Source: Escherichia coli
GTDB taxonomy: Bacteria > Pseudomonadota > Gammaproteobacteria > Enterobacterales > Enterobacteriaceae
DNA length: 64,000 nt
Assembly: GCF_965641715.1 (NCBI RefSeq)
Contig: NZ_OZ282453.1
Direction: 5' to 3' (one strand)
Part shown: positions 52,551 through 61,643 of the stretch, one piece after another
Position numbering within the stretch: the stretch's first letter is position 1
Layout: each line of letters begins with the position of its first letter
Translations under genes and position numbers: made by a program
Notes under the pieces: generated by a model
What the model saw: only the letters and a program-made list of their open reading frames with translations
Told to the model about the DNA's origin: nothing
The model's database searches: none

Positions 52551-52617
52551 TATGCACGCCCATAACGTAAGTATAACGGCTTGTTGGGCAGTAATAACAC
52601 CGCCATATTTTCATTTT

Positions 52618-52652
52618 ATACACCGCACAATAGTGCACAAATTTGCACAATT
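52618..52652 (-). promoter_or_regulatory. Candidate promoter/operator of the phd/doc-like operon with three iterated GCACAA sites at 10-bp spacing
   Basis: Plus strand CGCACAATAGTGCACAAATTTGCACAAT; minus strand reads TTGTGCAAATTTGTGCACTATTGTGCG followed by TATAAAAT -10-like element, then the antitoxin start. Confidence 0.5.
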
Positions 52653-53074
52653 TTTTTGAACAACTTTTTACCCTTCCGGCCCGCGTGGCGACTGGATCCG
52701 TCAAGGATCCGTGCGTGCACAAAAAAACGCGTTTTTTCTGCGCGCAGGTGACGGGGGAACAGCCCGCGTTTCAGGGGGTAAATAGCATTCCCTGAACGAT
52801 GTCGCAGCGACACAACAGAATGGCTGTATTTCTCACACTGAGCGTGAAAAAGGCGTGAGGGCTTTTGATTTGATGGGGTGACAGATAAGGCCGTCAAAAT
52901 CGCACTGAGGCGGCAAGAACATGCAGTCAACGCGGTGGGATTGCGTAAGAGCCTGACCGTCGATGATGGCGATAAGCTGGAAGACGTCGTGAAATTATCT
53001 GATTGATACAGGAGCTGGAGAGTCGGGGCATAAATTTTTTATGCCCCGGCGAAGCAGCAGACAAGCGAAGCGCG

Positions 53075-54121
53075 TCAGGATGTGGGCTGGGTGTCCAGCA
53101 GTGCGTAAGGGTTAAAGCGGATCACCTCTTCGCCAAGCCAGTCATTGATATGCTTCATGGCCTCCATGACGGGCATCAGCTCGTTAATTGCGTAAACCCG
53201 CGCTGCCTTCTCCACATCACCAAACGCACTTTTTTCGCCCGGCATCGCCCCCATCAGTTGCGGCGGAACGCGGTGCGCAGCCAGCACATCATCACGGGAT
53301 GCCGCCTTAACATTCATGAACTCATCCTTTGCGGTGATCTGCTGGAACGGCAAAATTTGCACACCTTCTTTGCCCCCGTTGGGCGCGTGAATGAGCACGT
53401 TTTTAAATGCACCACCACCACGCGCACCCTGTAGCGTTTCCTTCAGGGAGTCCATGCTTTCGCGGTTTACCTGCGCTGCACCGATGTAGATGATGCACCC
53501 GGCGTGGGATCCATTGTCGTAGTACAGTTTTCTGAACATGTCCGCCGAATGAGACAGGCTGGCCGAGAGTAATGCGCCAAGATATTCCGGCATGCCGTAA
53601 ATTTCCTGGTTAATGTCCGGATTCATCAGGTGGCACACTTTGCCAGGGCGAAACTGAAACGCGTCCTTGCCATCCTGCACATACCACCATGATTCAAGAT
53701 CGCTTCCGCGTCGCATGTATTTCGCCAGTGCGTGCCGTAATTTAAGTGGTTCGCCGAGCATATTGCTCCGAAGCTCAAGGAATGCGTTACCGAACACAAA
53801 CCAGTCCAGCGCCAGCGCCGAGAAATCCTGCCGGGAAAGCAGCGGGTGCGGGATGTAGCAACCGAGCAATACATTGCGCTTAAAGTAAAGCGCAGACTGA
53901 TGCCAGGACGTTTGCCGGGCGGCTCTTGCCAGACCGTACCAGTCCACCGGGGTTTCATACCACCGCCCGTTATCAGCACAGTACATATTGTCCAGCAGGT
54001 CATGCCCGGTCAGGCGGTAAGGACCATCAAATGTGAATGCACTGAGCGACGATTCTTTCCTGAGCGCATCAGCGAGATCAATGCGTGAACTCATGCGCAC
54101 TTTTTTATTTTTTCTGCTCAT
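53075..54121 (-). CDS. Portal protein (P2 gpQ-like)
   Basis: 348 aa ORF in the conserved position and orientation of P2 Q; start overlaps the stop of the terminase gene. Confidence 0.9.
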   Translation of the reverse strand: MSRKNKKVRMSSRIDLADALRKESSLSAFTFDGPYRLTGHDLLDNMYCADNGRWYETPVDWYGLARAARQTSWHQSALYFKRNVLLGCYIPHPLLSRQDFSALALDWFVFGNAFLELRSNMLGEPLKLRHALAKYMRRGSDLESWWYVQDGKDAFQFRPGKVCHLMNPDINQEIYGMPEYLGALLSASLSHSADMFRKLYYDNGSHAGCIIYIGAAQVNRESMDSLKETLQGARGGGAFKNVLIHAPNGGKEGVQILPFQQITAKDEFMNVKAASRDDVLAAHRVPPQLMGAMPGEKSAFGDVEKAARVYAINELMPVMEAMKHINDWLGEEVIRFNPYALLDTQPTS

Positions 54122-55872
54122 CAGAACTCCATAACCGTGAAACGCTCGTTTTCTCCTTCGCCGCCAATTGGTTCGTTAATGACAGCAAGCATGGTTGCCC
54201 ACGCAAGGTCGCCGTGGCTGATCCCCCTCGCGCGGTCCGTTTCGTAAGTGATAAAGCCGCCCGGTGTTTTCACCTTACGCACGGCGTTAAAGGCCGCGAC
54301 CAGCTCGCGTTCGGCGCGATCGTATTCCCACCGCCCGGCACGCATTATTTGCAGCATTTTCAGTACCAGCGACCGTTTTGATGACAGCGTGAAGGTGTAC
54401 GGAATAGCGGCAGGGAAAAACCGTTTCACTATCTGATAAACAGCCTCCCCGTTCCCGCCCGTCACATCAATGCCGATGTGTTCCACGTTGTAGCGACACG
54501 TGAACTCTTCAATGACTCTGGCCTGTTCTTCAAACTCCAGCCCCTGAACGCGTCGCGTCTCCACCGTTCGAAAACGGCCACCAGGAACAGCCGGAGGAAC
54601 CACCACGGACACCGCGCCACTGTCGCCGTTTCCACTGCTGCCGTTTGCGTCATACCCAATCCATACCGGACGATTCCCCATCGGGCGGGGAGCAAAAGGT
54701 TTCCAGTCTTTCCAGTCGTCGTATCCGTCAACACCGCAGCCAATCAGGATATTCAGGTTAAATGCCGATTCCCCTTCGCGGACAAACTCACACATATAGA
54801 GATTGCGGAACTCGTCTTCGGTGTTTTCATCACGAATTTCATCAATATCGGTGTGTTTCCAGCCGTGATTAACCACATCTTCCAGCGTGACAATTTGCCG
54901 CCACGTCCGGTCGGGGCAGATAAGCCCGTTATGCAGCGTTTTCCAGTCCACAGAAAAACGCTGGCGTTTATGCGCGGCCTTTTTCTCGTTCCAGCGGTCG
55001 CCGTTCCAGTAGACGTATGCCTCGTGCGTTTCGGTTGATGGCGTGGAGAAGTAGGTGCGTCGCAGCCCGCTGAGGGTTGCCATAGCGCCAGCCACCTTGC
55101 GCAGTTCAGCAAAGCGACTGACCCAGAAAAATTCATCAAAATAAAAATTGCCTGTGTAGGACTGTGCCGTCGCAGCAGAAGTGCCGAGAAAATGCAGCTC
55201 TGCGCCGTTGGAGAGGATGATTTTATCGCCCCCTTTCAGCTCCACATCAACTTCAGATGCAGCCTTCTGAATAATGCTTTTAAACTGGAACGCCTGACGA
55301 CGCGACGCAGACAAAAAAATCTGGTTACGCTGGTAAGGTTGCGCCACATCGTCACGCAGCGCCATCAGCAGTGCTTCCTGTGCAAAATACCAGGTCGCCC
55401 CAATCTGTCGGGATTTCAGGATCATCCTGTTACGTATCCCGGCTTCCCTGCAAAGGGTCAGGGAGTCAAACCAGCCCCGCTGATGCCACTCCAGCCTGCT
55501 GATGATTTTTTCCCGCAGTGCGGCAATCTGTTCCGGCGTGAAATGATTTTTAAGCTTTTTCGCCCGGCCTTTCTTTCCTGTGGCCGTCGCATCCGGCTGG
55601 CCATCATGCAGTTTTTTAAGCTGCCGGGTCAGCAGGTCTATTTCCTTAAAGTCACCGCCTGTTTTATTCTGTTTTTCAGTAAGCTGGATGAGGCGCGCAT
55701 CGATGGACTGCGTGACACGCTGCACGGGTGGCGTTTCATCCCACTGGTCGCGTTTTTTCCACGCATAAATCGTGTTCGGGTTTATTCCCATCAGACGTGA
55801 TATTTCAGCGGGCGGATAACCCTGCCAGTAAAGTTGTCGCGCACGCTGGCGCACAAAAGCGTCCTGAATCAT
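54121..55872 (-). CDS. Terminase large subunit, ATPase (P2 gpP-like)
   Basis: 583 aa ORF MIQDAFVRQRARQLYWQGYPPAEISRLMGINPNTIYAWKKRDQWDE... with N-terminal HTH and ATPase/nuclease regions. Confidence 0.92.
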   Translation of the reverse strand: MIQDAFVRQRARQLYWQGYPPAEISRLMGINPNTIYAWKKRDQWDETPPVQRVTQSIDARLIQLTEKQNKTGGDFKEIDLLTRQLKKLHDGQPDATATGKKGRAKKLKNHFTPEQIAALREKIISRLEWHQRGWFDSLTLCREAGIRNRMILKSRQIGATWYFAQEALLMALRDDVAQPYQRNQIFLSASRRQAFQFKSIIQKAASEVDVELKGGDKIILSNGAELHFLGTSAATAQSYTGNFYFDEFFWVSRFAELRKVAGAMATLSGLRRTYFSTPSTETHEAYVYWNGDRWNEKKAAHKRQRFSVDWKTLHNGLICPDRTWRQIVTLEDVVNHGWKHTDIDEIRDENTEDEFRNLYMCEFVREGESAFNLNILIGCGVDGYDDWKDWKPFAPRPMGNRPVWIGYDANGSSGNGDSGAVSVVVPPAVPGGRFRTVETRRVQGLEFEEQARVIEEFTCRYNVEHIGIDVTGGNGEAVYQIVKRFFPAAIPYTFTLSSKRSLVLKMLQIMRAGRWEYDRAERELVAAFNAVRKVKTPGGFITYETDRARGISHGDLAWATMLAVINEPIGGEGENERFTVMEF

Positions 55873-56026
55873 TGCTCCCCCTGAGTAATTACAGGAAGAT
55901 TACCCGCGCGCGAAACCGTTCTCCTTAACCCCCTGTTCTGGCCATTTTCTTACAACAAAAGCCCTTTGTATCAGCCTGTTACGCTTTGCCATCATGACTG
56001 AAGAACCAGTCAGAGGGGCAAAAACT

Positions 56027-56863
56027 ATGGCTAATGAAAAAAAGACATCACGCAAAAAGTTTCGCGTGGCTGTCTCCGGATCAACTGTTGATGGCCGCGA
56101 AATCAGTCCGGTGCATCTGCGTGAAGCTGCTGAGAACTTCGACCCGGATGTTTACGCTGCCCGCGTGAACGTTGAGCACTATCTCTCGCCATGCCCGTCA
56201 AGCGAATTTTCCGCAATGGGCGATGTCACCGCACTGAGTACGGAAGACATTACGGAAGGTCCGCTGGCCGGGCGTACTGCGCTGTATGCAGAAATCGAAC
56301 CGACCGAGCGCATGAAGAAGCTTGTCGCTGACGGCAAGAAAATTTATTCCAGTATCGAACTGCACCCGCAGTTCTCCGTTAACGGGCGCGCCTATCTGGT
56401 CGGGCTGGCGATGACCGACACCCCGGCAAGCCTGGGCACTGAACGTCTGAAATTCACGGCACAGCAACGTCAGGCAGTGATGAAATTCAACAGTGTCCAG
56501 GGTGAGGCTCCGCTTATCTCCGAAGCCATCGAGTCTGAAATCATCGAAATGGCAGAACAACGCCAGGAAGAAGGCACCCAGTGGTTTAACCGCGTAATGG
56601 GAATTATTGGCCGTGGCCGCAAAGCGGATGACGCCAGTTTTTCCCGTATTCAGGAAGCGGTGGAAGGCGTCGCAACGTCACAGGCCGACATTATCGACCG
56701 TTTTAATGCACTGGAAGCCCGCCATAAGCAGGACCGTCAGAAAATCACGTCACTGACCACAGAGCTGACAGCACTGAAGGAAAAACTGCGCACGCAGGAC
56801 GGCGATCCGCAGAACCGGTTCACCGCAACGGGCGCAGCCTCCGACCAACTGGCTGACTTCTGA
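56027..56863 (+). CDS. Capsid scaffolding protein (P2 gpO-like)
   Basis: ORF 55994-56863, likely start MANEKKTSRKKFRVAVSGSTVDGREISPVHLREAAENFDPDVYAARVNVEHY...; resembles P2 O N-terminal region. Confidence 0.88.
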   Translation: MANEKKTSRKKFRVAVSGSTVDGREISPVHLREAAENFDPDVYAARVNVEHYLSPCPSSEFSAMGDVTALSTEDITEGPLAGRTALYAEIEPTERMKKLVADGKKIYSSIELHPQFSVNGRAYLVGLAMTDTPASLGTERLKFTAQQRQAVMKFNSVQGEAPLISEAIESEIIEMAEQRQEEGTQWFNRVMGIIGRGRKADDASFSRIQEAVEGVATSQADIIDRFNALEARHKQDRQKITSLTTELTALKEKLRTQDGDPQNRFTATGAASDQLADF

Positions 56864-56886
56864 TAAGACAAAGGAGCAAAATTTTT

Positions 56887-57939
56887 ATGAATCTGGTGAT
56901 GTCAGATAATGCCCGTAACAAGCTGGGCTGCTACATGACGCAGCAGGCGTCGCTTAACAATATCCCGGTTTCTGCGCTGGTATCGCGATTTACCGTCAAT
57001 CCATCGGTACAACAGCGTTTTGAAAACGCTTCAAAGGAAAGTACCGAATTTACGAAAAGAATTAACGTAATCGGTGTAACTGACCAGAAAGGCGAAAAAG
57101 TTCTCCTGGACACCACCGGGCCGATTGCGCGCACGAATACCAGTTATGACGGCACAGATCGCCGTAATCCGATTAACGCTGTCGATATGAAGGCTCGTCA
57201 GTACCAGTGTGAACAGGTGAACTACGACACCTTTATTTCGTATCCGAAGCTTGATGCCTGGGCGGCTCACAGCGATTTTCAGTCGCGCATCAGCACACAG
57301 ATTGCCCGGCAGGTGGCGCTTGACCGCATCATGATCGGCTTTAACGGCACATCACACGCGGAAAAATCCAATTTCAGCACCAACAAGCTGCTTCAGGACG
57401 TTAACGTGGGCTGGCTGGAGCACATCAGAACCGATGCCAGTGAACGCGTAATGAATGACGTGACGCTGACTTCCCGCAACATGGACAACACCGTGGCGCA
57501 CGCGGGTAAGTATGCGAACGCTGATGCACTCGTACAGGACGCGCGCTCATCCCTGCTGGATGAATGGCACAAGGAAGCAGACGACCTCGTGGTGATTATG
57601 GGGCGCAACCTGTTTAACTCGCTGCGTCTGCCCGTTCTGAACAGCATCAGCGGCCAGAATCCCAATGCGGAATTACTCGCCGGACAGCTCATCCTGTCAT
57701 CGCGCACCATTGGCGGGCTGGATGTATTCCTTGCGCCGTTCTTCCCGGATGCAACGATGCTGATTACCTCATTCAACAACCTGTCAATTTACTGGCAGAG
57801 AGGCTCAATGCGTCGCCTGATGAAAGACGAGCCGGAATACAACCGCATCGCCACTTACCAGTCCATCAATGACGCTTATGTCGTTGAAGACTATGGCAAG
57901 TGCGCGATGGTCACTGGCCTGAAGTTCGCCGACAGCTAA
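56887..57939 (+). CDS. Major capsid protein (P2 gpN-like)
   Basis: 350 aa ORF; ...IMIGFNGTSHAEKSNFSTNKLLQDVNVGWLEHIRTDA...LITSFNNLSIYWQRGSMRR... parallels P2 N. Confidence 0.92.
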   Translation: MNLVMSDNARNKLGCYMTQQASLNNIPVSALVSRFTVNPSVQQRFENASKESTEFTKRINVIGVTDQKGEKVLLDTTGPIARTNTSYDGTDRRNPINAVDMKARQYQCEQVNYDTFISYPKLDAWAAHSDFQSRISTQIARQVALDRIMIGFNGTSHAEKSNFSTNKLLQDVNVGWLEHIRTDASERVMNDVTLTSRNMDNTVAHAGKYANADALVQDARSSLLDEWHKEADDLVVIMGRNLFNSLRLPVLNSISGQNPNAELLAGQLILSSRTIGGLDVFLAPFFPDATMLITSFNNLSIYWQRGSMRRLMKDEPEYNRIATYQSINDAYVVEDYGKCAMVTGLKFADS

Positions 57940-57984
57940 TCAACTCACGGCGGGCATCATGCCCGCCTGTAACGGAGAGAAAGA

Positions 57985-58785
57985 ATGATTACCCCTGCAC
58001 AGCAACACTGGCAGAACGTGATGGCGCAGCGCGCAGGCCGGGCGAATGAAGGCGTGGATCACGCCGCACGTACCGCGCATGAAGAGGTGCTGTATCGTCT
58101 GCGTCTGGCACAGGCCCGACTTAAGGGCGTACAGGCCAGAAGCGCCAAAGCCGCCATCAAAAAAGAGTTGTTACCGGACTTTTCTGGCTGGATTGAAGGA
58201 ACGCTGGAGGCTGACGGCGGGCAGCAGGATGAGGTGATTGCCACGCTGATGGTGTGGGCGATTGACTGTGGCGATCTTCCGCTGGCATTGCGTATTGGTG
58301 CGTATGTGGTCCGTCACAACCTCATCATGCCGGATAACTTTGGCCGTACTGCTGCCACAGTGCTGACCGAAGAAATCTGCAACCCGGTACTGACGCAGGC
58401 CGGGACGGATGCCGACGCGGATTTGTCCGCCTTTATCGAACCACTGGACACCCTCCGGGAGATTGTCACCGACCAGGATATGCCGGACGAAGTACGCGCC
58501 AAATTATGCAAGGCGTGCGCCTTTGCCCGCCGTGGCCTGAGCGATGCGGACAGCATGGCCCTGTCACTGAAGCTGCTGCGCGAAGCGATGCACCTGAACC
58601 CGAACGCAGGTGTGAAACGCGAGATTGCAACCCTTTCCCGCGCCCTGAAAAAAGCCGATTCCGCAGCCGCCCCAGATGACGCCAGCGCACAGCAGGCGCA
58701 GGACGAAAGCAGCAAAAGTAAAAAGACAACGCGGAAGCCTGCAACACGAAAAACCACCGCGACGCAGAAGGCGAAGCGCGTTTAA
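57985..58785 (+). CDS. Terminase small subunit / endonuclease (P2 gpM-like)
   Basis: 266 aa ORF; ...DMPDEVRAKLCKACAFARRGL... matches P2 M motif DMPDEVRAKL; basic C-terminal tail. Confidence 0.9.
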   Translation: MITPAQQHWQNVMAQRAGRANEGVDHAARTAHEEVLYRLRLAQARLKGVQARSAKAAIKKELLPDFSGWIEGTLEADGGQQDEVIATLMVWAIDCGDLPLALRIGAYVVRHNLIMPDNFGRTAATVLTEEICNPVLTQAGTDADADLSAFIEPLDTLREIVTDQDMPDEVRAKLCKACAFARRGLSDADSMALSLKLLREAMHLNPNAGVKREIATLSRALKKADSAAAPDDASAQQAQDESSKSKKTTRKPATRKTTATQKAKRV

Positions 58786-58877
58786 CGACTGACCCCGTCA
58801 GCGGGCGGCGTGCACGGTGTTCCGGTTTGACTCCGTGACCGTTTACACCGCGCACCCACCGCCCGATTTTTTCAGGA

Positions 58878-59381
58878 GTGAACCCCATGAGTATGGTTGC
58901 CAGAACCAACCCCGGCCCCGCAGAGGACGACATCACCGATACCGATGATGGTGATACCCGTATTTCAGCGGGCGCATTCTGGCCGGATATTGTGCTGCGT
59001 GAGCTGCGTCTGGCGATACGACTGCCGGGCCGTGTGACCACCTCCCGCCTGCTGCATACCGCCACCGGGGCCGTGGCACACGTTACCCGCGAGCTGGAAG
59101 CGTGGCAGCAGGAACAGCAGGCGGCTGGCCACCAGACGCTGGCCGATGTTCCGGCACCCGTAATTAACGGAGAAAGCGTCAATCTCTGGCACTGGCGCAA
59201 TGCCGTTTATACCGCCACACGCGCCCTGATTCTGGAGCGTTACCGCGATGCGGACACAACGGATAAGGGCGACCGCCGGGCGGACGCACTGGATATACAG
59301 ACATCGGATTTGTGGCGCGATGTGAGCTGGGCCATCTCTGACATTCTGGGACGACCGCGAATCTTTGCGGAGTTGTGCTGA
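58878..59381 (+). CDS. Head completion/stabilisation protein (P2 gpL-like)
   Basis: 167 aa ORF in conserved position between M and X. Confidence 0.85.
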   Translation: MNPMSMVARTNPGPAEDDITDTDDGDTRISAGAFWPDIVLRELRLAIRLPGRVTTSRLLHTATGAVAHVTRELEAWQQEQQAAGHQTLADVPAPVINGESVNLWHWRNAVYTATRALILERYRDADTTDKGDRRADALDIQTSDLWRDVSWAISDILGRPRIFAELC

Positions 59382-59581
59382 TGAAAGTGAAGGCACTGGA
59401 AGGCGACACCGTGGATTCGCTCTGTTTCCGGTACTACGGCACGACGCAGGGCGTCACCGAAAAGGTGCTGGATGCCAACCCCGGACTCTGTCAGCAGGTA
59501 TTTCTGGACCCCGGGCAGGACGTGGAGATGCCGGAGCCGGAGAAGAAGAAACGAGAAATGATTCAGTTGTGGGGGGAGTAG
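59381..59581 (+). CDS. Tail protein X (P2 gpX-like)
   Basis: ATG overlaps L stop (TGATG); MKVKALEGDTVDSLCFRYYGTTQGVTEKVLDANPGL... parallels P2 X (MKTFALQGDTLDAICVRYYGRTEGVVETVLAANPGL). Confidence 0.88.
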   Translation: MKVKALEGDTVDSLCFRYYGTTQGVTEKVLDANPGLCQQVFLDPGQDVEMPEPEKKKREMIQLWGE

Positions 59582-59583
59582 TA

Positions 59584-59907
59584 GTGAGCACTATTCAAAC
59601 AGGGATCACAGAGCAGGTTATTGCGTGGCTCTTTGACCACCTGCCAACGGTGTATGCAGCAGGCGCGGCAGTCAGCATTTCCGCGCTGATGAGTCTTTAT
59701 GACGGACGAACGCTGGTTCAGACCGTAACGGGATCGCTGGCGTGCGGCGTTCTTGCCATGGCCGTGGCCGGGTCGTTGCGCTTCTTCGGAGTTCCTGAAG
59801 ATGCCGTGACGTTTTTCGGCGCATCTATCGGTTTTATGGGCGCAGAAAAAGCACGCGACAAGATCATTGCCGCCTTTAACCGCATAACCCAAAAGGGAGA
59901 TGAATAA
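59584..59907 (+). CDS. Holin (P2 gpY-like)
   Basis: GTG start after GGGGGGAG RBS; hydrophobic product with predicted TM helices (…AAGAAVSISALMSLYDG…LACGVLAMAVAGSLRFFGV…). Confidence 0.75.
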   Translation: MSTIQTGITEQVIAWLFDHLPTVYAAGAAVSISALMSLYDGRTLVQTVTGSLACGVLAMAVAGSLRFFGVPEDAVTFFGASIGFMGAEKARDKIIAAFNRITQKGDE

Positions 59908-59961
59908 GTCGCAGGCTTAAAGCCGGTAATCACCATAAAAATCATTCACAGAGGTGACGAA

Positions 59962-60507
59962 ATGAAATCGAAAGACGAAATTTTTGATGTCGTTCTTGGC
60001 AAAGAAGGCGGCTACGTCAATCACCCGGATGACAGAGGCGGTCCGACAAAATGGGGCATCACTGAAAAGGTGGCACGGGCGCACGGATACCGTGGCGATA
60101 TGCGTGATTTAACTCGCGGACAGGCACTGGAAATCCTTGAAGCTGATTACTGGTACGGACCGCGTTTTGATCAGATAGCGAAGCTGTCCCCGGATATTGC
60201 CGCAGAACTGTGTGACACCGGAGTAAATATGGGGCCGTCTGTGGCAACCAGAATGCTTCAGCGCTGGCTGAACGTATTCAATCAGGGCGGGAAACTGTAT
60301 CCCGATATGGACACGGACGGACGCACTGGCCCACGCACGATTAACGCATTGCGTGCATATCTGGAAAAACGCGGTCGGGACGGCGAGATGGTGATGTTGT
60401 CTGCAATGAACTGTACGCAGGGCGAACGCTATCTGGAGCTGGCAGAGAAACGCGAGGCTAACGAGTCGTTTGTCTATGGCTGGATGAAAGAACGTGTAGC
60501 CCTGTAA
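59962..60507 (+). CDS. Endolysin, GH108-type muramidase with C-terminal peptidoglycan-binding region
   Basis: N-terminal EGGYVNHPDDRGGPTKWGIT is the characteristic GH108 signature; occupies the lysozyme (K) position of the P2 lysis cassette. Confidence 0.8.
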   Translation: MKSKDEIFDVVLGKEGGYVNHPDDRGGPTKWGITEKVARAHGYRGDMRDLTRGQALEILEADYWYGPRFDQIAKLSPDIAAELCDTGVNMGPSVATRMLQRWLNVFNQGGKLYPDMDTDGRTGPRTINALRAYLEKRGRDGEMVMLSAMNCTQGERYLELAEKREANESFVYGWMKERVAL

Positions 60508-60547
60508 CCTCATGAACTGCAACAAGTGAATAACGAGGACAACAACC

Positions 60548-61015
60548 ATGCTGAAAACTGATTCCCTGCGTGAAGCCATGACCCGTTCATGCCGATGGTG
60601 TCAGGCCAACCCGGAAAAATTCACCATTTTCGTGGAGAGCGGCAACATTGAAACGACCGGAGAAACGCCCTCGTTTGTTTACCGCTATCAGATGGTGATG
60701 TTTGTCATGGATTACGCCGGAGAGCTGGACGACCTCACGCTGCCGCTGCTGGCGTGGTTATCCGAAAATCAGCCACAGTTGTTGCTTAATCCGGAGTGTA
60801 ATCAGGACATCAAATTTTCCGCCGTTATCAATGACGATGACAGCGCCGATCTCCTGTTTACGCTCCCCCTGCGGGAACGCGTTCGCATCACGCGCAACAG
60901 TCAGGGGACACCGCAGGCAGAACACCTGCCGGAGCCAAAACCCCGCCTGCCCTCCTCCGAAGGCGACTGGTCGCATGTATTCCAGGATGTGACGTGGGGT
61001 GAAAGCGATGGATAA
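60548..61015 (+). CDS. Tail completion protein (P2 gpR-like)
   Basis: 155 aa; MLKTDSLREAMTRSCRWCQANPEKFTIFVESGNIETTGE... parallels P2 R (MLKPDSLRRALTDAV...). Confidence 0.85.
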   Translation: MLKTDSLREAMTRSCRWCQANPEKFTIFVESGNIETTGETPSFVYRYQMVMFVMDYAGELDDLTLPLLAWLSENQPQLLLNPECNQDIKFSAVINDDDSADLLFTLPLRERVRITRNSQGTPQAEHLPEPKPRLPSSEGDWSHVFQDVTWGESDG

Positions 61016-61643
61016 GGCATTCACCCGCGTGGATGAAACCTTTGAGGCCATCCGCGACAGCCTGAATCAGCAGGCCATCAATAACATCGCCAGAAAGCTG
61101 GCACAGGATTTACGCCGCGCCCAGCAGGCGCGCATCCGGTCACAGAAAGCGCCGGACGGGACCGCATGGACACCACGCAGACGCCGCGTAACCCGGATAC
61201 AGGAGCGCATTCGCTTTATCTGGAATAACGAAGCACGCACGCTGAAAAACTGGCATCACGACACGGGGAAATACGGGCGAACCATCACCGGGTGGGATGA
61301 GGATAAAAACAGCATCCGCACGTTTTACCGGGATGACATCGACCGCTTTCTGGAAATACGCACCCGGCGCATCAACCAGGACAGCACCAGGCGCGTCCCC
61401 ATGTTCGTAAAACTGCGCACCGCCCGCTACCTGAAAGCCCGTGCAGATGCTTCCGGTGTGACGGTGGGTTACAGCGGCGTGGCCGCACGTATTGCACGCG
61501 TTCATCAGTTCGGTGAGCGCGATCAGGTTGCGCCGGGCATTTTCACCGATTACCCGGTACGTGAGCTGCTGGGTATCAGCCAGGCAGATGAGCGCCTGAT
61601 TTATAACACGGTGCTGGGCCGGATTGCGGAGGCTGTACGGTGA
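60999..61643 (+). CDS. Virion morphogenesis / tail completion protein (P2 gpS-like)
   Basis: 214 aa ORF overlapping the end of R; conserved position. Confidence 0.75.
   Translation: MKAMDKAFTRVDETFEAIRDSLNQQAINNIARKLAQDLRRAQQARIRSQKAPDGTAWTPRRRRVTRIQERIRFIWNNEARTLKNWHHDTGKYGRTITGWDEDKNSIRTFYRDDIDRFLEIRTRRINQDSTRRVPMFVKLRTARYLKARADASGVTVGYSGVAARIARVHQFGERDQVAPGIFTDYPVRELLGISQADERLIYNTVLGRIAEAVR

Noticed and set aside
52616-52930. 104-aa minus-strand ORF overlapping the phd/doc promoter region
   Set aside because: Arg/Cys/Ser-rich translation across palindromic operator DNA with no RBS; inconsistent with the promoter/operator interpretation.
52878-53015. 45-codon GTG-initiated frame upstream of the portal-gene terminator
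   Set aside because: No convincing RBS and an unsupported GTG start; kept only as a note inside the non-coding-region finding.
58466-59200. 244-aa minus-strand ORF across phage genes M and L
   Set aside because: Antisense to two well-supported, syntenic P2 structural genes; Arg/Ser/Cys-rich composition.
60702-60992. 96-aa alternative-frame ORF inside gene R, considered as a possible embedded Rz1-like spanin
   Set aside because: No signal peptide or lipobox, Cys/Arg-rich composition; more likely a frame artefact.
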